A program made the position numbers and the translations under genes. A DNA stretch of 57,206 nucleotides, the filler included, from Dugesia japonica (Eukaryota): assembly GCA_001938525.1 (NCBI GenBank). It is 4 parts of 4 records of this genome, joined end to end, with 100 filler letters (N's around TTAATTAATTAA, not from the genome) between each part and the next. Parts side by side here need not be neighbours in the genome. Positions count along the whole stretch, not along the records: positions 12,646 to 35,740 come from MQRL01573693.1; positions 35,841 to 47,668 come from MQRL01574742.1; 2 more parts are not named here. One strand, given 5' to 3'. The notes below the pieces were generated by a model. The model was not told where the DNA came from, made no database searches, and saw nothing but the letters and a program-made list of their open reading frames with translations. Positions 23,418 to 37,667 of this stretch are shown here, piece after piece. Every line of letters starts with the position of its first letter. Within the stretch, counting starts at the first letter, position 1.

Positions 23418-25189
23418 GGGTCCTAAAAATTCGTATCAAAATATTTTTTAAATGTTTTTTTTCTTTTCAGTTTTATTCCAAACTAAAACGAAAAAATTCA
23501 GAGAATATTTTGCTTGATGTTCTTTGGTTGTGGTTGACAAAAATTCTGAGTGAAAATTCCATCAACTAACAAGTGAAATTCAATTAAAATCCTTAATTAA
23601 ACCAATTAAAATATTGTCGCAATTAACAATCAATTTCTAATTTTTATCAAATGTTATCAAGATTTATACTTTGCTGATTAAAATGAAACGAAATTTTGAT
23701 TTTGGTTCGAATAACAGAAATTGTAAATTTTAACAATTTTCTGTAGAAGAACACGAAAATTTATATAAAATATGATAAAGAGGTCAATTCTATTCACAGA
23801 AAATAATCAATCATTAAATTTCTTGATGAATTTCATTAATAATTGACTCGTCAATGTCAGTCCTCATTGACGCTTTGTAGCCATCCCTTGAACAACATAC
23901 ACACAGAAACAATTAAATAATACGATTCGCCATTCATTTATTCTCGGGAATTCGTTGAGATTATTTCTCAAATTCATTTCTGCTGGCGCCTAAAACTAAT
24001 TAGAATGTTATCCCAACTTTCCGCGACATTTCTTTATTATTCTATTGAATTTCTCATAAATAATTCGATATCAATTTTATTAATCATCATGATGACGCAT
24101 CATCGCCACACACACACACATTAATGTAAATTGGCAAATTGATTTTCCATAAATTAATTAATTATGGAGTTATAGAGAGACATTACAACTAAATAATTCT
24201 GAATACAACAACAGTTGTGATAGAGTTTTATTCCTCAGTTCTGATTTTATATTCGCTTTTAGAAATTAATCATTTAAATTGTTAACAGAAAATTTATTAT
24301 TCAACTTCCATTGATCTAAATGCGATTGATGGATGAAACTGTTGTGATCTGTATGATAACATGCACACATACATGTGTTCTTTTATTTTATTTTTTGTTT
24401 ATTATTATTATTACTGTTTTAATTATAAAGTATCATTCTTATTCAATACAAAAAAAATGTTTTAATTATTTTGCTTATTCTAACAAAAATAAATAATTTA
24501 AAAAGTAAAATTAATTCAATTAAAATTAAATTATTTTTATTAAAAAAAATAAAGCACCACACCAATCCTCGCCTCCCCCCGGGATAGAAAAATGTCTTGG
24601 TTCGGTTTTTTAGCAATCTCATTGATTGAAAAATTTTTTCCAGACGAACTGGATAAATGTGCTTGGTTCGGTTTCAACCAATCAAACTGTAGGAATTTTC
24701 ACAAGTCGGTTTTGAACCAATCAAAAATTGATATTTGGGTTTGAATTTAGCATCATTTGACTTGGAAAAAACAACTGTCTAAAAATACACTACTATCGTA
24801 TGGTATTGTATAAGTTAATATTGGTATGTTGGCACTGATTTGAATTTAATTTTCAAATACCCCATAAACGTTTACATGTGAAGGTTCAAATTTGATATCC
24901 AATGTCAAATGACTTTGTTGAGGTAATCGACTCTAATTTATATCAAAATCCGGAGCAAGAAAAAATGTAAAAAGTGGATATTTGTTTTTGATTCCTCAAG
25001 TGTGATTCAACAATTCATATTCTTATCTTAATATCTTATATTTCTAATTAAAGATTGCATATATATTTTACTATAATTATTGTTTTCAATATTCAATGTT
25101 CGATAAACTTTTTGAAGTTTCATCGAAATGATTGAATGTTGATATGTTCCTTTATATTAAAAATTATTCTTCTTTCTTTTGTTTTGTTC

Positions 25190-27330
25190 AACACGAACTA
25201 ACACCCACCCGCTCACTTTATTCTCTGTCCACGCTTTCACTCTCAAAATTTGTCATTTCACTAGCTGCTCCATTTAAATTTTGTTTAACTGTTTCTAAAT
25301 AAACCGTTTTCTGAAAGGGTTTCCGTCGTTGCATGCAAATTTATCCGTCATCCTTTTATAATCTTAAATGGTGATAATTTTGTCGACTCTGGAACCGTAA
25401 CGTTTATGCATAATTCAATTCTTGAAAGTAATGCAACCCAGTTTTTCTCACTACAATTTCTTTTAAAAGATATCGTCCGAAATATTTTTCTACCAGCCCA
25501 TTCTTTTGTTTTAGTAAGGAGAGCTGATTTTTTGTTTAATATTAAATTTTTGTTAACTTTTTTTATATGAATTTATTCTCAGACACTCTTCGTCTGTCAG
25601 TTAATATGCTCTTTGGTTTGCTGAAACGATAAATCCATTTGTTTAAAATTATTCCGAAAATTGTTTCTTCATCTATCTTTGATACTGTTAATAGACTTAC
25701 TAGTTTGCGAAACCGATCGAAAATCACCACTATTTCTTTCCTGATACCACTGATTTTATTTATGCAACATCCACTATTTTCTAATTCTGCGACTTATAAT
25801 CCATCATCAATTTTCAACTCACGATCAAATTTATCAGAATAATTTAACCGAATGGTCTTTTTTTGTCACTCTTACTTCGTTTTGCATTTCTTCAATTCTT
25901 CTTTTTATTATCGAGTCATCTTTCTGTACCTTCCGAATATTTTCTATGATGTTTTCATTCTGTTGAATGATATTAATATATTTTACTCTTGAATTTTCTT
26001 TATTGGCATTCAAATGTATTTTTTGGCATTGTGACCATAAATTTTCATTAATCCGCAATAATCTATCAGTTATGTTATGCTTTCTGCCTTTTCAATATTT
26101 TAATTGAAAATCATTTTCTACCTGATTTTCTATCTTCGTCTCAAATTGTGGGTTGATTGGGTTTTTTGTGTTAGCCATATATATCAATGCTTTCTGATCT
26201 GTTCTTGCTGAAAATCTCTTCTAATAAAGACATTGCTTGAAGTGTATCACATATTCATGGACCCCAGCAATTCTTTTTTTGTTATGCAGTAGTCATTCTC
26301 CTGAGCAGTGAAGTATCTGAATCCATATGCTATCACCAACTCTTCACAATAGTCTGTTCTTTATATAACAAACAATATACCGATGGCTCTAAAACTTACA
26401 TCATTATTTTGAATGAACATTCGATTTTCTCTAGAGAAATCTAGAATTGTTGCATAACATAACTTATCTTATAAGTTCTCAAAAGCAATTCTGCATGCTT
26501 CTATTTACATCAAAGGGTTTTTCAAATTCTGGCATAGCTTCATATAAAGGTGATGCAATTCTTGTGTAATCGTTTATAAATCACCTGTAGTATTTTTGCG
26601 TAACCCGCGAAAAATGAGAATTTTGGTTCTTCAATATTTGTTTTTCGTAATCTTAATTTTTTTTATCTTTATTCATACTAAACTGATTGTATATCTCAAG
26701 AAGACCAATTACTTTTGGTAAAACTTACAATTTTCTGGATTTATCCTCAGTTTTGATTCTGTTAAAAGCTTCTTTCAACAATTTCATTACGATCTTTGAC
26801 TGTTCTTCCATACATTAATATGTCATCTAGATACAAGATGACTCCTTTAGAAATTAACTTGAATGATGCATCAACTTTTTAAACGTTGCTTGTGTCATAT
26901 CTAACCCGGATTAGATACATTCGAACATGCATTGATCTTCCTTTGTATTACACGCAGTTACAACTATCGAGCTCTTTGTTAATTCTACCTGGTAGGATGC
27001 TTGTTCTAGATACATTGAAGAAATTATTTTTGCATCTGCTAAGCCATTCAATTAAAAAAATTTGGTGATCATTGTCAATTATCGATAATCTATACACATT
27101 GTTATTAAACCATCTTTTTTTCAAACAATTCTACAGACTTTTATATTTATTAATTACCCAAATACTTATTAAATTCTGTATCATTTCGCCAATCTTCTTT
27201 ACCAAGTGAATCTGCTGTCTCCAGGGATCTTGAAAAATTGAATCTCTTGATACTTTTATTTCATGTACAATTTTTTTCGTGCATCCTATATCAAACTTAC
27301 ATCCTATTAATATTTCTATTGGAATAAGTC
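25190..27330 (-). mobile_element. Ty3/Gypsy pol remnant (decayed RT, RNase H, integrase)
   Basis: GVILYLDD RT motif near 26822-26845, FINDYTRIASPLY, RNase H-like FSARTDQKALIY and integrase-like fragments at 25300-25800. Heavily disrupted. Confidence 0.85.
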
Positions 27331-27349
27331 TATTTGATAGACTTTTACA

Positions 27350-27690
27350 CTGATTCCAAATATGTTAACCTAGAATCACCAAACTTTATAGATGAAAAGA
27401 GATATTAATAAAACCAGTACTTTATTTGGGAGTCTCTCCTCGAGGAATATAAAAATAGGATGATAATTTATTCGGTAAGGTAAATTTGTTTGTTGATTCT
27501 TTAGATAAATTTTGATGAAATTTTACTCTTCATTAGTCTTCAGTTATCAAAGCTCTGTGTACTGTTCACTAGTGCTGGATTAACAATACTCTGTTTACTA
27601 TGCACTGATTTTTAGTTATCAATGGTTTTCTCAATCTTTGTTCTTTGCTGGACTTCGTTCTTCACTGAAATTTTCTATCATGTACTGTTT
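27350..27690 (+). repeat. Dispersed copy of about 15380-15695
   Basis: Shared AATCACCAAAC.TTATAGAT...CGAGGAA...GTCTTCAGTTATCAAA.CTCTGT...TGCACTGAT...ATGGTTTTCTCA. Confidence 0.85.
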
Positions 27691-28329
27691 TTCTTCCAAT
27701 AAATAATGGGTTTTAAATTATTAACAAAATTTCTTTTAGGTATATTAACAATATAAAAACTTTTATTTTCTTTTTTTGTAAAATATTTAAAAGAATATAT
27801 GTTGTAAATATTGTTGTTCAGCAACAATAAAAATGTTTAAATCATACCACCCAAAAATACTTTAAAATATTTTTTTCTTCTATTTATACAAACATATTCT
27901 CTTAAATCACGGTTTATTTTTTCATATTCTCTAACAACGCATTTTGTGTCATTTAATTGAGGCAAAAGATTAATTACATCACAATATTTTAAATTTTCAT
28001 AAAAAGAATTTCTGTTTTATAATTGTCAAAGGGTAAATAATTTCTTCGTGGAAGTCAATTTTCAAACGAGAATTTGATTTTATGATTTTCATTTAAAATT
28101 TCTAATATAACATTTCGTACTTACTCCATCCCATAAAAAGTGGATTTTAAAAAAACCAAGAAAATCTGTTTGAGAAAGTATATTGGGATTTAATTTAAAT
28201 AAACTCATGCTAGCAGATATAATTACTGTTTTAATAATAAATGAATGAGGGGAAATGAATTAGAAATAATAAATGGGAATACGAAAGAGTGCGATATTAT
28301 TGCTATTTTTTGTTATTAATATTATTGGT

Positions 28330-28897
28330 GATTCCAAGACAGTGTTATTCTTATTTCTAATTGAACTGTTATTTTGAAAAGTTAGTGTATATTGTTAATC
28401 ATAGCGATTCATTTCTGTTTATTTAATTACAATAAATATTAGTTTTGTCTCAAAGAGAAAATTTATTGTTTCTTCCTTAGTAAATCAAAAGTCGACTTCT
28501 AAAGTTGTCCACAATATATCCAAGTCGTTACACATAAATTTTGTTCAAATTTGAATTGTTCATCTACAACAATTCTTTACACGCTGCTCTTTCGAATTTC
28601 AATAGCTTTTGAAATGTCGGAGATGCTAATATTGTGGTGCTTAGAAATGTTATTCAACACTGCTGCTCGTCTCTCTTCATAATTTTCAATATAAGATCTT
28701 CCAGAACTCTGCTTTCTGTTAAATGTGCCACGTTAAAAAAACATGTCCCGCAATTTTCTGGTATAATTTTTATTTACTTCGAAAGCTTGACATAATTTTT
28801 ACAAAACCTTATTCTGGTTCCATCTTTCTGATTTTGACCAACAATCTTTCATAACGTACTAGAGCAATAATTTTTGGTCTTCTGAAAGATTTGCCAT
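28330..28897 (-). mobile_element. Probable Tc1/mariner-superfamily transposase N-terminal remnant
   Basis: MANLSEDQK...RGTFNRKQSSGRS (GRP-like linker)...ISISDISKAIEIRKSSV*RIV (HTH-like). Confidence 0.5.
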
Positions 28898-29190
28898 TTT
28901 AAAATTCAAAAGGTTTTAAAAAGATTTTAACAAAATGGTTAACTAAAACAAATGTCAATTAGAAATAAAACAATTTATCTAAATTAAAATTAAATTTATT
29001 AAATCCAGTTTTTATGAGAGGGAGAAAATATTTTTTAAATAATATTAAATTTGTTATAGAATTTTAATTTTTTCATTTTTATCAATCCTTAAATGGTTTA
29101 AATCAAACAAAAATGGGAGTTTCTTTATTCAAAGTAAAAACCCGAATTTTATACTCCTTTATAATTTCAAATTTAAAACTTGTTACAAAT

Positions 29191-30976
29191 TAGGGTTGGG
29201 TATTAATAATAACTTATTAATAAATCAATTATAACAATTTATTAATAATAAATTGAGTAGAGTAATGATAATAATAAATAACCGGATTTAAAAATACCTA
29301 CGGAAAAAGAAAATGTTTTTATTTCACAAAAACGAAAGCGAAGAAATGAAACTTAAAATTACTTTCATAAGATTGATGCTCATAAAGCCAAATTCAAGGA
29401 ATGTGGCCATGAAGTATGCCTAAATGGACAAACAAATGAAATGCTATACCATATATCAGCTGAGCATGCCACACATATTCCTAGAGATGGTAATGTGGCC
29501 ATTACTAATCAAATTTCTGAAAATCTACTATATAAATTTATTATTGAAGATGGTTTGCCTTTATAAATTTTAGAATCCAAAAATTTTAAAACATTATTGT
29601 CGAAATTAAATACAGATTTTAACATGGCATCAAGAAAAGATGTTACTTCATCGATTGTTCCATGAATTTTTGACGACTGTCAAAGCCATACATTCAAAAT
29701 GCTTAATGAATCACAATATCACAGTTTCACAACAGACACTTGAACATCGCTTTCAAATGAATCTTTTATGACAATAATATGTCAATTTATAGGAAATTAT
29801 TTTAAACACAAATATTTTCTTCTTTCAATACCTGCTTTTCCTGAAAATTCCTAGAAGTATAAAATATCAGACAAAATTAAATTTACCAGCACGTAGTTTA
29901 AGACAGGATGTTAAAACAAGGTGGAACTCTGTTTATTATATGATTGAAAAATTTATTGAATAAAAAAGGGCTATTACTAGTGTTTTAACAGAACAAAGTA
30001 AATTGAAATTATTAGATGTTATTAGCAATATTGATTTTTTAAACATAGGTTAATTAATTAAAGCATTAAAATCATTTGAGGAGGCTACAAAGCAGGTTTC
30101 TTGTAAAAACTTTACAACAGCGTCGTCTATATTGCCTATAATTATACAATTACGTGCAATTACAGAAAAGAAATTATTAAAATCTACAGTTGCGACATTA
30201 TCTAATGAGTATTTATCAATTTTAATCAATGATGTAAATAAAATACGCTATAAATATAATGATAGGATCACAGTGTTGCGCAAATGCAGTTATCTCGATC
30301 CAAGATTTAAAGCACTGAAAATTTGCGATATGGATCTAATTTCTACAATTAAAAGCGAATTTAATTTAAAATATTGTAATGATGATCACAAAATATCACC
30401 TATAACTTCGGAATGTAAAAATAAATTATGGGAAGATTTTGAAGATGTTATTGATGACGATGAAATTACTATATACGACAAATTTCCTATATTAAGAATT
30501 GATGATTTTGATTTTTTTGAAAAATAATGAAAAGACTTTTCATTCATTAACTAACTTAGTCTTAAAGTGCTTCTTCAGAAAGAATATTTTCATGTAGTGG
30601 ATTTGTTGTTGATAAATTAAGAAACTGTCTAACATCAAAAAATGTTGAAATATTAGTGTTCTTAAAACATAATTTCCGAAGAATGAATGAATAAAAATGA
30701 TTTGAAGCTTATATAAATATTTTGGTTTGTTTATAATCATATAATATGTTGCTATTATATATAATTTAAAAATTCCAAAAACATTATCTTTAATTTAATT
30801 TAACATTTTGAGTTATATTTGGTATATTAATGTAATTTTGTACTTAATTTGAAACATCGTATTTATTAAATCCTCAATTATATCATTTATTAAATTAAAC
30901 TACATTATTTAATCATAATATAAAATATTAATAATCTAAAAAAGGCAAGGTTCATTTATTATTAATCCCATCTCTT
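29191..30976 (+). mobile_element. hAT (Ac/ZBED-type) DNA transposon with internally deleted pseudo-transposase
   Basis: TIRs TAGGGTTGGGTATTAATAATAA / TTATTATTAATCCCATCTCTT. 8-bp TSD TTACAAAT / TAACAAAT (7 of 8). Decayed BED finger, FTTDT*TS, QDVKTRWNSVYYMIEKF, YLDPRFK. Confidence 0.92.
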
Positions 30977-30984
30977 TAACAAAT

Positions 30985-31670
30985 GTTAAAAAAATTATGT
31001 ATATCCTTTAATCGATTAACCGGCTTTCCATTATATTGATAACCATATCCGTCAAGATCTAATATAATTTGAACTTCTCAATTAGAAATTTTACATGGAA
31101 ATACTGCACAAATCCAAAATTTCATTTCTGCGAGGTATTTCATTGCTTCATAAAAAAAATATTTTTCTTTGATACTTTTTCTAAAGGAGGTGGAAATTTG
31201 GTTTTTTCATCTATTTCTTATAATTGTAAAATAAATACTTCATCTAAATTATTTAAATATTTAATTGTCGCCAGATTCATAATATATATTTTATCCCCAT
31301 TAAAATTATAAAGAGATGTTCCAAAAGTATTTATAGATATTTATGCTGCCATTTTAAATTTTTTAATTTATTAATTGTATTTTAATAAAATCTATTTCTT
31401 ACTAATAAAGATTGTTTAATATTTTTAATTACATTTTTTATATAAATTATATTTTCTTCATTTAAGTTATTTATTTTATTATTTAATTTAATAACATTTT
31501 GATTTATCTTTATCAGTTTTTAATATATTATATGGATTTTTAATATATCATTATCATTTATTAGTTCATTTATAATTTTTTAAATAATTAATAGAATCGC
31601 CGGTTTCATTAACATATTTATTTTCAATTGCTAAAATTTTATTTTATATTTGTTTATTTTTATTTTCATT
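30985..31670 (-). pseudogene. Decayed compact intronless ORFs of unknown, virus/Polinton-like character
   Basis: MAA*ISINTFGTSLYNFNGDKIYI...KFPPPLEKV...FWICAVFPCK...LDLDGYGYQYNGKPV. Cut by the hAT insertion and adjacent to the repeat at 31800. Confidence 0.3.
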
Positions 31671-31799
31671 TTCCATTTCTTTTTTATTAAAAAAATTAAA
31701 TAATTTTCGGTGATTTTTAAAAAATATTTTAAAAATGGGGCTTTTTTGAGTTAAATTTTAAAAGTGGTGTTAGTTTTTTTTGTTTTTGCGTGGCAAAAA

Positions 31800-32130
31800 A
31801 ATTTTAATGTATTTCTTAGGGAAATTCAAGGGAAAAGTCTATGTTGTTTAAATAATAGGAAAATTTTAAATTTTTTTAATCGAATTTTTATATGGAATTT
31901 AGGTGAACAGCAAAATTTTTAAAAATATATTTTATTCTCAGATTTTAAACATTTTTATAACAAACTGCTGAGAATTTTACAAGGATCATTTTTGGTTTTT
32001 CCAATATTTTACATGGATTTTTCTAAAACTTTTTTCTTCTCAAGCTAGTAACAAAGTGTCTATTCGATAGAGAATTTTACGGTGATAAAGAATCTACAAA
32101 GCTCAAATCACGAAAACTTATAGAACTAGA
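31800..32130 (+). repeat. Dispersed copy of about 14720-15090
   Basis: Shared CTATGTTGTTTAAATAATA, CAAACTGCTGA.AATTTTAC and TATTCGATAGAGAAT. Confidence 0.8.
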
Positions 32131-33849
32131 GCTTATAGGAACATTAAAATAAAAGATAAAGTTAAAATACAAAGTTAACTTCTACAAATATATTTTTCTT
32201 TACATTCTTTTAATGGAATGTTTATGCTTCTAGTATCAGTGTAATAACAGTAGAAATTGTACAATATGTCTGCAGTAAATGGATAGTGGCAGACGAGTAC
32301 ATCACACAAACACCTAACCCCTTGCTGACGTAACTTAATCCTGAGATAATCTGGAATTTAATATTGTAATCAATTAAATTCACTACATTGAGATTTGTTT
32401 TGTAAAGCAGAACTTTACAGAGAACCGCGGCACTGATTTATATTTAAAGTATGGTGGCTGGCTGCAGAAGAGCTCAAAGAAAAACTGCATTGGAAATGGT
32501 AATTTGGAAAGTTCCGGAGGAATGTACAATTTAAATGATAATGGTAAATCCATATGAGATAAAAACGTTCTGGTGGATGACTTCAAAAAATAAAATTACA
32601 GAAGAAGCAAAAACTGAACCCTGCAAAGGAAGCAAAACAGAATAAATACAAACTGCAAAATATCATAATCAATCAGATAATCAGCTAATCTCACCATTTT
32701 CAATAAAAAAGGTACTATTTATATTTTTACTAGAAGTTTACTGAATCTATCACGAATTTTGGAGAATCGATAAGTCAGGACAAAAGAAATCAACAAAGAA
32801 TNNNNNNNNNNNNNNNNNNNNNNNNNNNNNNNNNNNNNNNNNNNNNNNNNNNNNNNNNNNNNNNNNNNNNNNNNNNNNNNNNNNNNNNNNNNNNNNNNNN
32901 NNNNNNNNNNNNNNNNNNNNNNNNNNNNNNNNNNNNNNNNNNNNNNNNNNNNNNNNNNNNNNNNNNNNNNNNNNNNNNNNNNNNNNNNNNNNNNNNNNNN
33001 NNNNNNNNNNNNNTCTGCATGAAATAATTATGTATCATGATAAACGAATTCAACGGATTAACCAAGCATCGAGCAAAAGGTGAATGATAAAGCAATAATG
33101 CCCAGACAACTAAACATGAAAAGTGAAAGAAAGAGTAAGGCGAGTACTAATAAATGAGTTGTCATGTTCGTCTGGTGATGATCGACGGTAATTTCGTTAC
33201 AATTTTAAGCTGTATTTGTATGTTAATTGATGTAATTACACATTTAACATTAATCTATTTGATTTAAGTTATATACTATGTTTTTGACTATTAAATTTTA
33301 TTTAAAGCAGGTTTATATTTAATTTAATGGATATAGTTATTTGATAAACTAAATTCATCAAATTTACGTTTTATTTAGCGAATATTCGAAATTCATTTAA
33401 TTTTATTCCGTGATTATTTTACCCAGGAGATTGATTTTCAACTAGCAAACTTGTAGTACTATAAAATGTTAGAAGTGATATTTTATCTGTTAGATGAGTT
33501 TGGAATACTCATAGGATCATTAATATCAAAACTCGATTCCATAGCAAAATTNATTGAAAACAAAACTAAAAACATAAATTTGCTTTTTTCAAACAAACTT
33601 AAAAATTCATATTGAGAAACGGAAAATATCAAATATTTTAATTTTAAAATTTTATTACTATACAGTTTTAAAATACACTAAAAAACATATTTTATTCATT
33701 TAATTTTATATTTTATTCTATTCAAAATATCTTTAAATTTTACCATTTATTTTATAAATAATTTTTTCTGATACAAATTTTAAATACAAATTTGATTTTA
33801 ATAAATTCCGTTTTAAAATTCAAAAAATTTAAAACTATCTTATATTATG

Positions 33850-35700
33850 AATATAAAATAGATGAATTATTTTCATAACCGTTATAAATCACTTCCTATC
33901 GAAAAGGAATTTTAATGAAATATTGGAATTAAACTAGCGTCAAGAGAAATTCGAACGAATAGGAAATGTATTTTGTAAGGTCACTAAAACTGATGAGTAA
34001 CATGTTATTGTATTTTGATGCGTAAAAGTAGATGTATAATTAAAATATAATCTCAGAATGTTAAACATGAATCTTTATAAGTAATATAATTACGATAATA
34101 TTAATTGGAAATTTTAGAGTGATAATTGTGATCATAATGTTAAAGTTAATACAATCTACATACGCGACTCAAAATTTCTGAATTATTATAGAGAAGTGAG
34201 TCTGGATATGTGATTCCCCGAGGAAAATAAGGTACTACGCTCTCACAGAGGACTTTCAACTCCCGATTCATGCATTATCGTGTTTTAATATTTAAATAAA
34301 AGTAAAATAAATTATATAAAAAGCCAAAAATGTTCATTATCATAATAACTGTCGTTATCACTTTAGTATCACGCTTATAAATTGTATCATTTAATCGACA
34401 GTATGGCTTGATAGATCAGTTTTAAGGAAGCAGTACAATCACTTGATGGATAAACCGTTTCAAAAACCTCCTTTAACAACATGCCAAGTTTTTATGACTC
34501 CTGGAATTAGTATGGAACTGATAGCAATCCGCGATTATTATCTGCCGATAAGTTGACATTACAATATTTTGATATTCGTGATCAGAAGGAAGAAATAATC
34601 ATGTTAAGAAAACAGATCACGCAATTAACTGAGCAACTCCAAAATCATGAGCAGGATCGAACGAAACAGAATTTCGCTCGCGCGGATCTACTCTATAAGC
34701 TCTCAAATCGCTTAAAGCAACCACCATCAATCACCGAGCACAGAACATCGAACGAGTAATGTCGACACTTGTTTCATACATGAATAATCTAGAGGATGGA
34801 GAAATTGTGGAGGAAACTTTGTTTTAAAGACAAATCTTGTGGGTATTTATGTAAATATAGTTAATCGTGCAAGACTTCTATTTTCAAGTCATTTTAATCA
34901 TGTGGTGATATATTAATATTATTAATTCACGATAATTGAGACTTGTTATATTAAAATAACNNNNNNNNNNNNNNNNNNNNNNNNNNNNNNNNNNNNNNNN
35001 NNNNNNNNNNNNNNNNNNNNNNNNNNNNNNNNNNNNNNNNNNNNNNNNNNNNNNNNNNNNNNNNNNNNNNNNNNNNNNCCAACTGTTACAGAAGCATCAA
35101 TCAAATAGAGCTAAAATCAAGCGATTGCGAAAAGTGGTGAAAGAAATGAAAGATACTATCAATTCTGTTAGTTGGGTTTTGAAAACTCATAGAATCCTTA
35201 ACATCAGAATTCAAATTCATTACAACGATTTATTAATAAAAAAAACTATAACATTATTTGGTTAAACAAACAAATTAAAATTCATGCTTCAATTGGGAAT
35301 TATTTTCTNNNNNNNNNNNNNNNNNNNNNNNNNNNNNNNNNNNNNNNNNNNNNNNNNNATATTATTAATTCACGATAATTGAGACTTGTTATATTAAAAT
35401 AACTAAATAAATTATCAAGTTCAAGACTTCAAGATTATACACCATAATATAAAGATAATTTAAAATTTACATCATAAACATTTAGCATGACTTTCACAAT
35501 TGGTAAGCCACCAACTGTTACAGAAGCATCAATCAAATAGAGCTAAAATCAAGCGATTGCGAAAAGTGGTGAAAGAAATGAAAGATACTATCAATTCTGT
35601 TAGTTGGGTTTTGAAAACTCATAGAATCCTTAACATCAGAATTCAAATTCATTACAACGATTTATTAATAAAAAAAACTATAACATTATTTGGTTAAACA
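33850..35700 (+). pseudogene. Cluster of short decayed intronless ORFs (coiled-coil-like), probably mobile-element cargo
   Basis: Examples: DIRDQKEEIIMLRKQITQLTEQLQNHEQDRTK and RAKIKRLRKVVKEMKD. Same strand and interleaved with the 7672-type repeat. Confidence 0.3.
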
Positions 35701-35740
35701 AACAAATTAAAATTCATGCTTCAATTGGGAATTATTTTCT

Positions 35741-35840
35741 NNNNNNNNNNNNNNNNNNNNNNNNNNNNNNNNNNNNNNNNNNNNTTAATTAATTAANNNN
35801 NNNNNNNNNNNNNNNNNNNNNNNNNNNNNNNNNNNNNNNN
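35741..35840. other. Artificial contig spacer N44-TTAATTAATTAA-N44
   Basis: Same 100-bp construct as at 12546. Confidence 0.95.
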
Positions 35841-35872
<32 letters not shown>

Positions 35873-35882
35873 TGTAAAAATA

Positions 35883-36900
35883 TTAGGTGTATAAGAATGA
35901 CTCCACCGTTTAGTAATTATGTATATATCATCTTTAAATAAAGAAATTTTTGAAAGTGGTGTTGTTTATCTGAAGTGCAGTTTACGCGTTATCTATTTAC
36001 TTACAATTTTCAAAAGTGTGTACAAAATTTTTTATTGTGCATTTTAGATAGCGGTATTTGTCCCTGAAAAACTCCATTTGTTGGAAGCATTAGTTTTTAT
36101 GCTCAATTTCAAGAAAAGTGCTATCGATGCACATAAATTTCTTGTAGTCTTATGGCAACCGTGCTTTGGGTAAAAGAACTTGCTGAGAATAGTTTCAATG
36201 GTTCAAAACCGGAAATTTCGGTGTGGACGACAAGTAGCATGGAAAATCACAAAAGAAATGTGAAGATGATGAATTAATAAAGATATTGAACGAAGACAAT
36301 GCTCAAACACAAAAGCAATTGGCTGCTTCATTGAATGTAATTCAACAAGCTATTTCAAATCGATTACGTGATATGGGAAGGATTCAGAAGAAATAAAAGT
36401 GAATGTCTTATGAAATCGCAGAAATTAAAAATATTTGAAAATAGCACTTTCGAAACTTTGTTAGAAAAGAATAAAATTAAGTCTTTCCTGCACCGTGTAA
36501 TCATTGGTAATGAAAAATGAATTTCTTTTAGTAATCATAAGCTTAACAGATAGCGAGTTGATCAAGGCCAGCACACCAAAATCAACTGCAAAACGCAATT
36601 TTCAAGGGGAAAATATTATTGCGTGTGATTGAAACGGTATAAACTACTGTAACCATGAGAAACTGTTACTAGTAATCGTTATGAACATCAAAATATGAAA
36701 TTAAATCATGAACTCACAGCAAAACAACCAGAATGGGTTGCCAGTCATGGGAAAATGATCTTGCTACATGACAACGTCCTAGCTCATGTTGTAAAACCTG
36801 TCAAAGACATGTTAAAAGAGCTGAAATGGGAGGTCTTACCCTCCAACGGATTACCACTTGTTACGATCTATGTCACACGATCTGTTGAAGCAGAGATTAT
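35883..36900 (+). mobile_element. mariner element (Mos1/mauritiana-like) with pseudogenised transposase
   Basis: TA followed by TTAGGTGTATAAG terminus. FVPEKLHLLEALVFMLNFKKSAIDAH, QTQKQLAASLNVIQQAISNRLRDMG, SFLHRVIIGNEK, ILLHDNVLAHVVKPVKDMLKELKWEVLP. Confidence 0.93.
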
Positions 36901-37349
36901 ATTCAAACTTGTTATATTTAAAAAAATTTATATAAATTTGGATTAGTATTAGATTTTAATAAATGATNNNNNNNNNNNNNNNNNNNNNNNNNNNNNNNNN
37001 NNNNNNNNNNNNNNNNNNNNNNNNNNNNNNNNNNNNNNNNNNNNNNNNNNNNNNNNNNNNNNNNNNNNNNNNNNNNNNNNNNNNNNNNNNNNNNNNNNNN
37101 NNNNNNNNNNNNNNNNNNNNNTATCACATATTCATAGTTTTGCCACTCAGATTGCGTCATTATAAAAATACAGAATTATTTCGAATTGTTTCAATACAGG
37201 AAAATTTGTAAATATGTAGTTTATAAAATTTTTTAATGTTTGTTAAATTAAATTTTAAATGTAGATTTAATTAAGTTCTTTAAATAAACTATGAAGTGCT
37301 GAATTTTTAAAAAACGCGTAAACTTATATTTATTGTTCTAAAAATTTAT

Positions 37350-37667
37350 CAGTGGTTCCAAAACTGTGCGCCGCTGTGCCCTGGGTAGCCGTGGCTGTCA
37401 CAGGAACGCCCCAAGATTTTTCCAAAAATTATACAACTTCTATAAAAGTAGCAAATCCGAAAAACGAATAAAAATCCAATAATCGCAATCGGTTATGACG
37501 CCAAACTAAACTATATATATAGAATAATATAGTAGTAACAATATGATATAATTAACCCATAAATTAATAACTTACATAATAATATATGAATATTTTGATT
37601 TGAGACGCCGTGGAAACATTTTGATATCCTAGGAGCGCTGNNNACAAAAAAAGTTTGGGAACCACTG
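37350..37667. mobile_element. hAT (Charlie-type) MITE, 318 bp
   Basis: TIRs CAGTGGTTCCAAAACT / AGTTTGGGAACCACTG. TSD only partly conserved. Confidence 0.85.

Noticed and set aside
32180-33200. Purine-rich coding-like stretch, possibly a retroelement fragment
   Set aside because: No recognisable motif in any frame.
34915-35740. Exact duplication (35079-35308 = 35511-35740; 34915-34960 also repeated at about 35359)
   Set aside because: Identical copies bounded by N gaps, most likely an unmerged contig overlap.
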